Positions 1 through 9,636 of a stretch of 64,000 bases of DNA are shown in pieces (the first letter of the stretch is position 1; each line of letters opens with the position of its first letter). The DNA lies in contig CAZWYM010000002.1 of NCBI GenBank assembly GCA_964638425.1, positions 2,547 through 66,546 on the forward strand. Direction: 5' to 3'. Under the pieces are notes generated by a model, which had not been told where the DNA came from, searched no databases, and saw nothing but the letters and a program-made list of their open reading frames with translations. The translations under genes were made by a program, and so were the position numbers. Origin of the DNA: an uncultured Candidatus Saccharibacteria bacterium. GTDB lineage: Bacteria; Patescibacteriota; Minisyncoccia; Phycocordibacterales; UBA918.

Positions 1-562
1 CGTCTTTAACTCCTCCGAGTTCGAGTACAGTACGTACAGAACTTCCTGCAACGAGTCCACGGCCTGGTGCTGGCATAATCATTACCTCACTTGAAGAAAC
101 TTTAACGTTTACATCATGTGGAATATGCTGATGCTTGTTTAGTGGAATTTCGATAAGGTTCTTTCGCGCATTTCGTACCGCCTTTTCAATTGCAAGCTGT
201 GTGTCTCCAGCCTTTCCGATTCCTACTCCAACCTTGCCCTTTCGGTTACCAATCACAATCGCAACGCTAAAACTGAAGCGACGACCTCCGGCCATCACAC
301 GTGTTACACGTCGGATGCTGATAATTTTTTGATCGAATTCTGAACGTACACGTTCTTCTCTTCGAGGCGCTCGACGCGCTCGGCGTGGGTTTCGTCGACT
401 ATCTGCATCTGCACCACCACGATACGCACCCCGTCCGCTCGCTTCTGCCTTTACGGGAGTTGCCGCATCGCCAGCTGGTGCATCGGTAGTAGCGGTTGTT
501 TCTGCTACTACATCTGAAACTTCCGTTTCATTTATAGCTTCCTGCTGATTTGTTTCACTCAT
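1..562 (-). CDS. rpsE: 30S ribosomal protein S5 (partial, runs off left edge)
   Basis: Hand translation from ATG at 562: long N-terminal extension, then IRRVTRVMAGGRRFSFSVAIVIGN...GKAGDTQLAIEKA; follows rplR. Confidence 0.95.
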   Translation of the reverse strand, partial: MSETNQQEAINETEVSDVVAETTATTDAPAGDAATPVKAEASGRGAYRGGADADSRRNPRRARRAPRREERVRSEFDQKIISIRRVTRVMAGGRRFSFSVAIVIGNRKGKVGVGIGKAGDTQLAIEKAVRNARKNLIEIPLNKHQHIPHDVNVKVSSSEVMIMPAPGRGLVAGSSVRTVLELGGVKD

Positions 563-586
563 AGTATCTGTTATTTGTTTAATAAA

Positions 587-937
587 TTAAAATTCAAGAC
601 CTCCTTCACGCGCTCCTTCTGCGAGCGCAACAACTGCTCCTTGGTATCTGAAACCACCTCGGTCAAATACCACTTTGTTAATTCCCTTCTTTTTTGCTTC
701 AGTTGCAACAAGCTGTCCGATTTCCTTTGCTCGTTCAATCGCTGTCTTTGCCTTTGCCTTTCGTGTATCTGTCCCCACGAGCGTTACTCGCGCCTCATCG
801 TCAATGAGTTGTGCATACATGAAACGGTTGCTTCGAAAGACGGCAAGACGTGGGCATGCTGCAGTACCTTGTACCTTTGCACGAATACGTGCGTGGCGGC
901 GGGTTCGATTTGCTACTTTTTGTGATGTAATACTCAT
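587..937 (-). CDS. rplR: 50S ribosomal protein L18
   Basis: PRLAVFRSN...VVFDRGGFRYQGAVVALAEGAREGGLEF. Confidence 0.98.
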   Translation of the reverse strand: MSITSQKVANRTRRHARIRAKVQGTAACPRLAVFRSNRFMYAQLIDDEARVTLVGTDTRKAKAKTAIERAKEIGQLVATEAKKKGINKVVFDRGGFRYQGAVVALAEGAREGGLEF

Positions 938-958
938 GATACGTTTCTAAGTGTCAGA

Positions 959-1495
959 CTATGCAACACCTTTCTTACCTTGCTTTCGAATAATATACTC
1001 ACCCTTGTAGTGAATACCCTTTCCTTTGTATGGTTCAGGCTTCTTCTTTTCGCGAATGTCAGCAGCAAATTGTCCAACAACTTCTTTGTCAATTCCTGTA
1101 ACCGTAATAACTCCCTTCTCTGCAGCAACCTGCACTCCCTCTGGAGCAATAAGCTCAACAGGGTGTGAGAAGCCAACTGCAAGTTTGATTTTATTCCCTT
1201 GTGCTTCAGCCTTATACCCAACTCCTTCAATTTCGAGAATCTTTGTGAAACCAACGGTCACTCCCGTTATCATGTTGTGTACATGTGCTGCGTATGTTCC
1301 CCAGAGTGCTTGTGAACTCTTTGTGTCCTTTGCTTTCGCAAGCGTGATTACTCCTCCATCAATCGTTATTGTAATATCACCCGTCACTGTCCGCGTGAGT
1401 TCACCCTTTGGTCCCTTAACCTTAAGTACACCATCAACAAGCGTCACTTCGACGTTTGCAGGGATCTGTACTGGTTGTTTTCCTAATCGACTCAT
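959..1495 (-). CDS. rplF: 50S ribosomal protein L6
   Basis: MSRLGKQPV start (ATG 1495; the longer ORF extension overlaps rpsH); PEPYKGKGI motif. Confidence 0.98.
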   Translation of the reverse strand: MSRLGKQPVQIPANVEVTLVDGVLKVKGPKGELTRTVTGDITITIDGGVITLAKAKDTKSSQALWGTYAAHVHNMITGVTVGFTKILEIEGVGYKAEAQGNKIKLAVGFSHPVELIAPEGVQVAAEKGVITVTGIDKEVVGQFAADIREKKKPEPYKGKGIHYKGEYIIRKQGKKGVA

Positions 1496-1505
1496 ATGTT
1501 TATAA

Positions 1506-1901
1506 TTACCAAATGATGAATAGCTCTTCTCCTCCAACGTTTTTCTCTCGCGCCTGTTCTCCGGTAAGAATACCTGCTGGAGTTGAAAGAATTCTCTTTC
1601 CTTTTCCAAACTTTACAGGGAATATTTCAGAAACACTGAGATAGAGCCTTCGACCTGGCTTTGAAACGCGCTGTACACCTTGAATTTGATGCACTCCGTC
1701 TCCGTCGTACTTGAGTGTAATATCAAGTGTCTTCTTCACCTTCTTTCCATGCTTATCAACTTCTCCAACAAAACCTGCTTCTGCAAGCTTGTCTGCAATT
1801 GCATGCTTGAGCTTTGAGTATGGAATACTCACCTTTCCTTTACGTACCATTCCTGCATTTTTGAGCTGAATGATGAAATCTCCTACTGGGTCGTTTACCA
1901 T
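1506..1901 (-). CDS. rpsH: 30S ribosomal protein S8
   Basis: DPVGDFIIQLKNA, RVSKPGRRLY, STPAGILT...GGE. Confidence 0.98.
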   Translation of the reverse strand: MVNDPVGDFIIQLKNAGMVRKGKVSIPYSKLKHAIADKLAEAGFVGEVDKHGKKVKKTLDITLKYDGDGVHQIQGVQRVSKPGRRLYLSVSEIFPVKFGKGKRILSTPAGILTGEQAREKNVGGEELFIIW

Positions 1902-2080
1902 GATGATTTCTTAATACCTGGTATATGTCCTTCATGTGCTGCTTCACGGAAGCAAATACGGCACATGTCAAAGTCACGCATATAACCGCGCTTTCGTGCG
2001 CACTTAAAGCATCGACGTACTACCTGACTTTTGAATTTTGGCGTACGCATTGCACGCAAAATAACTGATTTTCTTGCCAA
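1895..2080 (-). CDS. rpsN: 30S ribosomal protein S14, zinc-binding type
   Basis: 61 aa, CFKC...CRICFRE...PGIKKSSW; TTG start; stop overlaps rpsH start. Confidence 0.97.
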   Translation of the reverse strand: MARKSVILRAMRTPKFKSQVVRRCFKCARKRGYMRDFDMCRICFREAAHEGHIPGIKKSSW

Positions 2081-2298
2081 TTTGATAGTTGGTTAGCCTC
2101 GGATACTCCTAGGCGTTGCTCATAATAAATGTAACTGGTGAGCCGTTTCACTACGAATCAGTGACTACACTCTCCGTTCGCGGTACTCCCAAAGACTCGC
2201 TTTCCGTCACTTTTCTCATAGAAAAGTTTGATCGGCGCGTCTAGATTTACTCAAAATGAGTAAAAACAAGAGAGTGTGCGAATATCGCTACAGGGAGG

Positions 2299-2327
2299 AA
2301 TATACCAAAATTAGGCTCTAAAGTCAA
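2299..2327 (-). promoter_or_regulatory. sigma70-type promoter for rpsN-rpsH-rplF-rplR-rpsE
   Basis: TTGACT-17 bp-TATATT on minus strand. Confidence 0.7.
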
Positions 2328-2330
2328 TAA

Positions 2331-2362
2331 AAACCCCATTTCACAATTGTGAAATGGGGTTT
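2331..2362. terminator. intrinsic terminator-like hairpin
   Basis: aaaccccatttcacaattgtgaaatggggttt perfect palindrome after ORF 2380-2910. Confidence 0.7.
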
Positions 2363-2379
2363 AGGTTAGTGGAAAAGAA

Positions 2380-2910
2380 CTAGTGGCATATCTCAAACGC
2401 AATGCCGGTTCCGAAGTTCCAATATCCATTTTTCTTGTCCGGGCATGCAAGAAGCATTTTACATGCGTCAAATATAGTTGCGGTCAGGAAAGAGGGCCTA
2501 TTTTCAGCGGTTTTAATCGGTTTATGAAAAGCAACCACACTTTCAAGTCGTTGCCTTTTGAACTCATCCGGAGAAAATTTCTCCAAAATAAGACACGCTG
2601 CTTCGGCATTGAGCCTCGTCCACTTCATTTTTTCAGCTTTGGCACAGATATTCTCTGTCTCATGTTCACTGACAATGTGTGGGGACACTCTCAGAATCCC
2701 AATGTCGACAATTCGCCCTGAACTTGGAATAAAGTCTGGTGAGTTGAGAATACTTTTTGCAGATTCACTTAAAGTAATGCCATTTCGTTCAAGCCGGTCT
2801 ATCCAGTCAGGGCCTGATGTTCCGTCCGTAACGAAAGTTGCGAAAATTACATTAAATGCGTCCGATTCTAAGTACTGATTTCTATGTGTGCCTACAATGT
2901 CTGTGTTCAT
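2380..2910 (-). CDS. hypothetical protein inserted between rplE and rpsN
   Basis: 176 aa ORF with AAGGAGG SD, upstream TTGACA...TAAAAT promoter-like motif and downstream hairpin. Confidence 0.8.
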   Translation of the reverse strand: MNTDIVGTHRNQYLESDAFNVIFATFVTDGTSGPDWIDRLERNGITLSESAKSILNSPDFIPSSGRIVDIGILRVSPHIVSEHETENICAKAEKMKWTRLNAEAACLILEKFSPDEFKRQRLESVVAFHKPIKTAENRPSFLTATIFDACKMLLACPDKKNGYWNFGTGIAFEICH

Positions 2911-3109
2911 ACTTCCCTCCTTACCCTCATGGGGTTTCCAAATCCTCTAATCCGAGGCGGAACTGTGTGCTTTTTGAGCCACAGCACGATACCAAAGAAC
3001 CTACTTATGGCCATAATTTTAACATAAAATACTACGATGTCAAATTGCCACGCAACTAAAATCCCGAGTATATAACTCGGGATTTTATAGAAAGTTTTAT
3101 CGTATTCAA

Positions 3110-3289
3110 TTACTTAGTCTTCTTCTCTGATTCCTTTTGGAGGGGAAGGGTCAAGTTGCTAATTCGCTACGCTTATAAGTAAGCACTTCCTCCCCGGACT
3201 CGCCACTTTTGCATTAGTAATAGCAAAAGTATGGCTCCGTCTCTTTCCATTGCCGAACGAGAAACTGTTCTCATTCTAAAAATAGTAAA
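3110..3289 (-). mobile_element. structured mini-element (family A core) at rplE 3' end with alternative rplE end LPLQKESEKKTK*
   Basis: Antisense of rplE end at 3247-3285, core 3150-3240, recoded direct copy 3110-3148. Confidence 0.7.
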
Positions 3290-3823
3290 CTATTTTTGCA
3301 ATGGCAAGCCAATATGTCGTAAGAATGCTTCTGCTTCCTTCTTTGTCTTTGCTGTTGTTACGATAGTGATTCCAAAACCAAACACATCTTTGATGTCTTC
3401 GTCAGCTGTTTCTGGGAAAATAGTATGTTCCTTAATACCAAGTGTGTAGTTCCCCATTTCATCGATAGCACTTACCTTGAGTCCTCGGAAGTCTCGTGTT
3501 TGTGGAAGTGAGAGATGAATGAGCTTGTGGAGGAAGTCGTGCATTCGTGGACCACGGAGTGTTGCTTGGTATCCAATGATTTCACCTTCACGAAGTTTGA
3601 ATGAAGCAATTGATTGCTTCGCTGGTCGCGGAGCTGCCTTTTGACCAGTAATTTGCGCAAGTCGATTCTGAATAAGCGCAATCTTTTGCTTATCTTGAAT
3701 TTTTCCAACACCAGTACCAACCACAACCTTCACGATGCGTGGCGCTTGCATTTTATTCGTGTATCCAAGCTCTCCCTTGAGTGCTTCGTACGTTCCGTTT
3801 AATGTTTCTTTCATTGATTTCAT
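3290..3823 (-). CDS. rplE: 50S ribosomal protein L5
   Basis: ITGQK...SIASFKLREG...RDFRG...GNYTLGIKEHTIFPE. Confidence 0.98.
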   Translation of the reverse strand: MKSMKETLNGTYEALKGELGYTNKMQAPRIVKVVVGTGVGKIQDKQKIALIQNRLAQITGQKAAPRPAKQSIASFKLREGEIIGYQATLRGPRMHDFLHKLIHLSLPQTRDFRGLKVSAIDEMGNYTLGIKEHTIFPETADEDIKDVFGFGITIVTTAKTKKEAEAFLRHIGLPLQK

Positions 3824-3853
3824 ACGACCAAAATTATTATCCTTGTATCCAAA

Positions 3854-4171
3854 CTATATCTTTACTCCTGAAGGGCGTGCGACACGTACCTTCTTTGCTG
3901 TTGCTCCTTCTCCCTCAACAACATATCCTACACGGACCGCCTTTCCTGTCTTTGCATCCTTAAGTGCAACGTTTGATGATGGGAATGGCATTGGCTTTGC
4001 AACAATTTGTCCTTGTGAACCTCGTCGCTTTGCTTTCTGGTGTCGGCTAACGATATTTACACCCTCAACAAGTACTTCATGCTTCTTTGGGAACGCACGA
4101 ATAACAGTACCGGTCTTCCCTCGGTCCTTTCCTGCTGTAACGATGATTGTATCTCCTTTTTTAATCTTCAT
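3854..4171 (-). CDS. rplX: 50S ribosomal protein L24
   Basis: KIKKGDTIIVTAGKDRGKTG KOW motif. Confidence 0.98.
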   Translation of the reverse strand: MKIKKGDTIIVTAGKDRGKTGTVIRAFPKKHEVLVEGVNIVSRHQKAKRRGSQGQIVAKPMPFPSSNVALKDAKTGKAVRVGYVVEGEGATAKKVRVARPSGVKI

Positions 4172-4192
4172 ATATAAATAATTAGAATATGC

Positions 4193-4564
4193 TTAGACGA
4201 CCTCTGGTGCGAGCGACACGATTTTCTGATAGCCCGCCTCTCCTAATTCTCGAGGAATTGGACCAAACACACGGTTTGCCTTTGGTTCCTTTTTCTCCTT
4301 ATCAACGAGTACAACTGCATTATCATCGAAGCTTACGTATGAACCATCCTTTCGTCGGAATGCCTTTCTCTGTCGTACCACAACTCCGTAACAGATATCC
4401 TTCTTCTTTACTTGCTTTCGTGGTTCTGCTGTCTGGATTGAGAGAACAACGAGTTCACCGAGTTCTGCATATCGCTTCTTTGAACCTCCAAGCACCTTGA
4501 ACACTCGGCCTATCTTTCCTCCTGAATTGTCAGTTATTTTGACTATTGATTGTGGTTGAATCAT
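4193..4564 (-). CDS. rplN: 50S ribosomal protein L14
   Basis: MIQPQS...DNSG...FDDNAVV...RVFGPIPREL...SLAPEVV. Confidence 0.98.
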   Translation of the reverse strand: MIQPQSIVKITDNSGGKIGRVFKVLGGSKKRYAELGELVVLSIQTAEPRKQVKKKDICYGVVVRQRKAFRRKDGSYVSFDDNAVVLVDKEKKEPKANRVFGPIPRELGEAGYQKIVSLAPEVV

Positions 4565-4584
4565 ATAAAAATTTTATGAAGTGA

Positions 4585-4851
4585 TTAGCTCTTCACAAGT
4601 TCAAAGTGCTTTCTCTTTGAAAGCGGTCTTGTTTCTCTAATTTCGACCTTATCTCCCTCCTTTGCTGTATTTCCCTTGTCATCTACAAGAAACTTCTTTG
4701 TTCGTCGCATGAACTTCTTGTACTTTGGGTGCATAACGTAACGTTCAACAGCAACGGTGATGGTGTCCTGCATTTTTGTCGCGACAACGGTACCACGAAG
4801 GACCCGTCCATTCGAGAGTGTTGTTTCTGTTGTTGTTTTTTCTGTTGCCAT
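4585..4851 (-). CDS. rpsQ: 30S ribosomal protein S17
   Basis: KMQDTITV...HPKYKK...ETRPLSKRK. Confidence 0.98.
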   Translation of the reverse strand: MATEKTTTETTLSNGRVLRGTVVATKMQDTITVAVERYVMHPKYKKFMRRTKKFLVDDKGNTAKEGDKVEIRETRPLSKRKHFELVKS

Positions 4852-4878
4852 AATAATATGTTTTATAAATACTACTTG

Positions 4879-5073
4879 TTATGCTGCCCTTGTTCGTGCG
4901 TTGAGCAGTGTGAGTGCTCGTGCAATCTCTCGACGTGTATCTCTCACTGCGTGCGAATTTCGCGCACCTGCTCCAGCTGTTCCGAAGCGCATCTTCTGTA
5001 GTTCGTCTCTCTTTTCTGCAATAAATGCGAGGAGATCGGCGTCGTTTTTTTGTTGTAATTCAGATATTTTCAT
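4879..5073 (-). CDS. rpmC: 50S ribosomal protein L29
   Basis: 64 aa, RREIARALT; lies between rplP and rpsQ. Confidence 0.95.
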   Translation of the reverse strand: MKISELQQKNDADLLAFIAEKRDELQKMRFGTAGAGARNSHAVRDTRREIARALTLLNARTRAA

Positions 5074-5084
5074 ATTTGTATGTA

Positions 5085-5519
5085 TTACACTCGAGTTTCC
5101 TCACGAGTAACTACCTTCGCCTTGAGTGGGAGCTTTGCAGTTGCCTTTCTAAGCGCCTCTCGTGCGACAGCTTCGCTCACTCCATCGATTTCAAAGAGAA
5201 CACGTCCTGGTCGAACATCGAAGATAAAGTGATCAGGATCCCCCTTTCCTTTACCCATACCTACTTCTGCAGGCTTCTTTGTAACTGGCTTGTCTGGGAA
5301 GATACGAATCCAAATCTTGCCTGTCTTGCCAAGTGTTCGAGAAATAACACGTCGCGCAGCCTCAATTTGATTTGATTTCACTCGAGATTGTGTTTGTGCC
5401 TTAAGTCCGAATGCTCCAAAAGAAACAGTCGTACCTCGAGTCTCAGGTGCATTAAGTCGATCGACGTGCTTTCGATCTGTTTGCCACTTTCGGTGTTTTA
5501 CTTTTTTAGGAAATAACAT
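5085..5519 (-). CDS. rplP: 50S ribosomal protein L16
   Basis: QIEAARR...[24 protein letters not shown]. Confidence 0.98.
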   Translation of the reverse strand: MLFPKKVKHRKWQTDRKHVDRLNAPETRGTTVSFGAFGLKAQTQSRVKSNQIEAARRVISRTLGKTGKIWIRIFPDKPVTKKPAEVGMGKGKGDPDHFIFDVRPGRVLFEIDGVSEAVAREALRKATAKLPLKAKVVTREETRV

Positions 5520-5530
5520 ACAAAATTTGA

Positions 5531-6253
5531 TTATGCGCTTCGGCTTCGGTTACGACGATCCGTTTGTGTTGCCTGCTCTTCAGCATTTGCCTTTCGGTCA
5601 GTGAAGATGTCGCCACGGTAAATCCATACTTTCACACCAATAGCTCCATACGGGAGTGTTGCAGTCTCACGTGCAAAATCAATATCTGCGCGGAGTGTCT
5701 GGAGAGGAATACGTCCTTTCTTAGTCTCTTCCTTTCGAGCCATTTCAGCACCACCGAGGCGTCCTGAGGCAATAATACGGACACCCTTCACGTCTCTGTT
5801 TGCCATTACCTTCTCTGCGGTCATCTTCATGACGCGTCGGAATGGCATACGCTTCTCGAGACCTTCAACAACCATTTGTCCAACGATTGAAGCACTCGTC
5901 TCTGGTGAACGTACTTCTTCAATATCAATTTTCACTTCTGGCTGAACCTCGAGTTTAAGCGTACGGAGGAGCATATCAATCTCCTTTTTGAGCTTTGTTG
6001 CTCCTTCACCACTTCGTCCAATGATGAGCCCTGGTCGTGATGAACTAATGATGATACGGAAAATCTTCTCGTTTCGTTCAATCTCAACATTAGCAATGTG
6101 CATGTTACGAAGCTTCTTCGTAAGATACTTTCGCACAGCGCCATCAGTACGGATATACTCCCGATATTTCTTAGGATCAGCAGCGAACCATCGTGACTTC
6201 CAGTCACGGATGACTCCGAGGCGTTGTACGTATGGGTGTGCGACGTGTGTCAT
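5531..6253 (-). CDS. rpsC: 30S ribosomal protein S3
   Basis: RPGLIIGRSG KH motif; SGRLGGAEMAR; PLQTLRADID. Confidence 0.98.
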   Translation of the reverse strand: MTHVAHPYVQRLGVIRDWKSRWFAADPKKYREYIRTDGAVRKYLTKKLRNMHIANVEIERNEKIFRIIISSSRPGLIIGRSGEGATKLKKEIDMLLRTLKLEVQPEVKIDIEEVRSPETSASIVGQMVVEGLEKRMPFRRVMKMTAEKVMANRDVKGVRIIASGRLGGAEMARKEETKKGRIPLQTLRADIDFARETATLPYGAIGVKVWIYRGDIFTDRKANAEEQATQTDRRNRSRSA

Positions 6254-6271
6254 GGTATTAAATAGTTAAAA

Positions 6272-6595
6272 TTATTTTGTTCCTAACTCAACAGTTATGT
6301 GACTGTTTCGCTTGTTAATTCGAGCTGCTGTTCCTCGAGCGCGTGGCATAAATCGCTTGAAGATAATACCCTTATCAACTGCAACTCGCTTTACGATAAG
6401 TGCTGCTGTATCTGCGCCCTGTGACTTTGCATTTGCCTCAGCTGATTTGATGAGTTTTGCAAATGGCTCAGAAGCTCGTTTGTTTACAAACTTCAATGTT
6501 TCAAGAGCATTTTTAACACTCTTTCCACGAACAAGGTCAGCAATAAGCCGTACTTTACGTGGTGACTGTCGATAGTTTTTTAGAAAAGCTTTCAT
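6272..6595 (-). CDS. rplV: 50S ribosomal protein L22
   Basis: RQSPRKVRLIADLVRG...PRARG...SHITV. Confidence 0.98.
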   Translation of the reverse strand: MKAFLKNYRQSPRKVRLIADLVRGKSVKNALETLKFVNKRASEPFAKLIKSAEANAKSQGADTAALIVKRVAVDKGIIFKRFMPRARGTAARINKRNSHITVELGTK

Positions 6596-6615
6596 AATTC
6601 AAAATGTGGAACTGA

Positions 6616-6954
6616 CTATTTTTTATCACCTGAACTCTTTGCTGCCTTTGCTGCTGCAACTTCAGCCTCCTTTCGCTTTGTTTCAAGCTCCTTCTGCATC
6701 TTACCTCCGTGTCGAATAAACTTCTTCGTAGGAGAAAATTCACCAAGTCGGTGACCTACCATTTCTTCAACAACAAGGACTTCAACGTGCGTCTTGCCAT
6801 TATGTACACCGAACTTGAATCCAACCATTTCTGGTGAAATTACTGAAGCGCGATCCCACACTTTAACAACCGCAGTATCTGCTGGCTTCTTGTCTTGAAT
6901 TTTCTTCAAGATTTTTGGGTTGATATATGGTCCTTTATATAGTGATCGTGACAT
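6616..6954 (-). CDS. rpsS: 30S ribosomal protein S19
   Basis: MSRSLYKGPY...HNGK...MVGHRLGEFSPT. Confidence 0.98.
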   Translation of the reverse strand: MSRSLYKGPYINPKILKKIQDKKPADTAVVKVWDRASVISPEMVGFKFGVHNGKTHVEVLVVEEMVGHRLGEFSPTKKFIRHGGKMQKELETKRKEAEVAAAKAAKSSGDKK

Positions 6955-7170
6955 AAAACAATAAGGCGCAGTTTGCGCATAAAAAGGTTGCTCGATTTGA
7001 TAGAAAACACCCTTCCAACAAAGAAATCTGCTGGAAATGCGTGTTCTATGTGAGAACCTCGTGTAATAACAGGTAACGGCCAGTCTTAAACGAAGTGCCC
7101 ACAGAATCTACTAATTGCGTTGCATCACCTGCCAGGGATCTGCAATCGCGGAGGTTCTGGAACGAGGGCT

Positions 7171-7199
7171 ATAGTACGCGAAACAAGAAAGATTGTCAA
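7171..7199 (-). promoter_or_regulatory. sigma70-type promoter for rpsS sub-operon
   Basis: TTGACA-17 bp-TACTAT on minus strand. Confidence 0.75.
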
Positions 7200-7278
7200 T
7201 GACTTACGCTCATACTTTCGCAGAAATAAAAAAAGAACCCGACATTGTCGAGTTCTGTATGCCCTAAGGGCGATTCGA

Positions 7279-8076
7279 TTAGGAACTTGGTGCTGATGTC
7301 CAGGAAATTGCCCTATGGATTGGCGCGCTGCTTTTGATTAGCTTTACGACGATTTCAGGACACTTCTGTGGATCATACTTCACAATAACCTTCTGGTTGG
7401 CTGAACCTGGAAAGGCGACCGCTCGAATTGACTTTGTAAGCGTCTTCTTCGATTTAGCAGCGTTTTCAAGAACTAAAGCAGTTATGTATGCTCCGAGGCT
7501 CGTCTGCTCTTCCTTTAAACCAATTGAAATAGCCCTATTATGAGTCGCCATTTCCAGAAAAGGGGTCAAATCAGGTTTTATAATTAAATGAAACTGTGGA
7601 TATGAATTTCTGGCAAATGTTTCTTTTGCCAGAAAACTAGCCGTGACACTTTCAGGAATTTTAATACTATCCTTGTGACATTTTGCAACCCGAGATGCTG
7701 AGGGGAACACAATGACGAGAAGAGCATAGCCGTGCATTACCTTTAACTGATTTTCAGAATAAGGGACGTACATGAGGTCTACATTCTTTTTCAACTTTGA
7801 GTCGATGTGAAATAAACTCAACATCTCATCTATTGAGTGCATGTCTTCGCCAAATATCTCTTTTGCACGCCAGATTGGTGTACGCATTGCCTCGATACGT
7901 GACGCTTGTTCCTGCTCGACCAGAGCAACCTTTTTTGCTCTGCGTGTCGCTAATTTCGTGACAACAGCTTGCTTAATCCGGCTTGCACCAGCCCTAACTT
8001 TTGAGCGTACAGCCCCCCGTTTTGTTGTTGATGAAGTATTTCCTGTTTCTTTACTTTCTGCTTGTAAGCCAAACAT
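7279..8076 (-). CDS. hypothetical protein
   Basis: 265 aa ORF with AAGGAG SD, TTGACA-16-TATAAT upstream and terminator-like hairpin downstream. Confidence 0.75.
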   Translation of the reverse strand: MFGLQAESKETGNTSSTTKRGAVRSKVRAGASRIKQAVVTKLATRRAKKVALVEQEQASRIEAMRTPIWRAKEIFGEDMHSIDEMLSLFHIDSKLKKNVDLMYVPYSENQLKVMHGYALLVIVFPSASRVAKCHKDSIKIPESVTASFLAKETFARNSYPQFHLIIKPDLTPFLEMATHNRAISIGLKEEQTSLGAYITALVLENAAKSKKTLTKSIRAVAFPGSANQKVIVKYDPQKCPEIVVKLIKSSAPIHRAISWTSAPSS

Positions 8077-8194
8077 TTCCTTCTCCTTCTGTGTTAAAGA
8101 CCAAAATCAGCGATTATTATACATTAGCATGTGGTTTTGTCAAAAAAACCACATGCATTTCTGCATGTGGTTTTGCTTTAAAGCTAAGAACAAA

Positions 8195-8980
8195 TTACTT
8201 AGTATGCCTTTTTTGTATAAAAATGGCATACGGAGGCTTCTGCTTTTCTGGATTCGGGTCAAACCCCCCAAGGGTGCACATGAGCGGGGCTATGGTACTC
8301 GACTTGGGACCAAATCCTCCGTTTTGGTGAATAAACACCGGGACACCATTCTTGTGTGCAACACACACCATGAAATGATAGTCTGACATACCACTATTTT
8401 GATACATGTCTGCAAGATCTTCTGCTGACCAGACACTATGTTTTTCTCTTTTCCCTATTTCAAGAAATGAATTGCCTTCAGACTGCAGCTTCTTATTACG
8501 ACGATATAGCTGCCGGTGTTGCTTGGAAACTCGGCGGGAGTGATACACTTTTGAATAGTAAAATAGACAGAGTGTGTCGCCAACTTTGATACGTTGTCCT
8601 GTATACGTAGTCATCAGTCCTTCAAATATGAAGTGCCGATTACTTGTACATTCTATGAACACACCCGTTTTCAAGTAGTGGGCAAAAACTGAGCAGTTGG
8701 TCACATACTTGCCGTAGTAGTTATCAAGATATATACGTATCCGTTCTGAGAGCTCTTTGTCACTAATGTAACCCTGAACACTCGTAGTCGAATCACCACT
8801 TCCTTGTTCAAGGTTATATAACAAACTATGGCTCGTAATGTTTCTAGCCATACGCCGTCCTACCCTATTACCACGCGCATCACGTATATGACTTCCATTG
8901 GAAACCAACTTGTGCAACGCGTGATGCCCACCAACCTCCCTTGCTTCCGTCACTAACACAGAGACATTTTGTGAGTACAT
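8195..8980 (-). CDS. hypothetical protein
   Basis: Long ORF; ATG 8980 preceded by AAAGGAAG; hairpins on both sides. Confidence 0.7.
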   Translation of the reverse strand: MYSQNVSVLVTEAREVGGHHALHKLVSNGSHIRDARGNRVGRRMARNITSHSLLYNLEQGSGDSTTSVQGYISDKELSERIRIYLDNYYGKYVTNCSVFAHYLKTGVFIECTSNRHFIFEGLMTTYTGQRIKVGDTLCLFYYSKVYHSRRVSKQHRQLYRRNKKLQSEGNSFLEIGKREKHSVWSAEDLADMYQNSGMSDYHFMVCVAHKNGVPVFIHQNGGFGPKSSTIAPLMCTLGGFDPNPEKQKPPYAIFIQKRHTK

Positions 8981-9133
8981 TCTACTTCCTTTCAATGAAC
9001 AATATTGAAAATATTATAACATATATTTTGAATAAAGCAAAAATACCCCAAGCGGGGGGTATTTTCTTTATGCATGATTCTTTTAATATACAGCTTGGGT
9101 CTCAAAATCTATTTTGAATAAGATTTTGAGACA

Positions 9134-9417
9134 GACTCAGAAAATATAATCGCTACGCTCTTTATTTTCTGGCCACATGGTTCCGTCTTGGTTCTCGATA
9201 CGTACCTACCTTGAGGCAGGTACTAGAGAATAAAAAATACCTCGCATATGCGAGGTATTTTTTATTCTACCTACTTCGTCACGAATTGCTAAATAAAATA
9301 GCCACCTTGCGGTGGCTATTTTATTAATCATTCGCGACCCCGCCTCGCGGTGCGCCTCATTTTGAATGAGGCTCACAACGCTCCGGCTTGGCGGACTGAA
9401 AATACATATGTATTTCC
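9134..9417 (-). mobile_element. stack of structured mini-elements (families A, C, D) after the displaced rplB end
   Basis: A core 9277-9387, short alternative end AGT AGG TAG 9267-9275, C repeat 9175-9268, D motif 9134-9174. Confidence 0.65.
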
Positions 9418-9617
9418 CTAACGTCCGCCACCCATAATCTTTCCTGGCTTGCGACGGGAAACAATGAATGTGTTTGAGTACTTCTTTGGACTTCGTGTCT
9501 TTTGACCCTTTCCAGTTGGACGTCCTTGCTTTGTTCGAGCATGTCGGTGTCCTCGTGGTGCGCGTCCTTCTCCTCCTCCGTATGGATGGTCTACTGCGTT
9601 TCGTGCACTTCCTCGTG
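9418..9617 (-). repeat. 200-bp duplicate of the rplB 3' end (displaced gene end, att-like)
   Basis: 9440-9617 identical to 15147-15324 (178 bp, offset 5707); last codons recoded (KIMGGGR* vs KIMGGSR*). Confidence 0.95.
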
Positions 9618-9636
9618 GGTTCTGTGGTTACGTATT

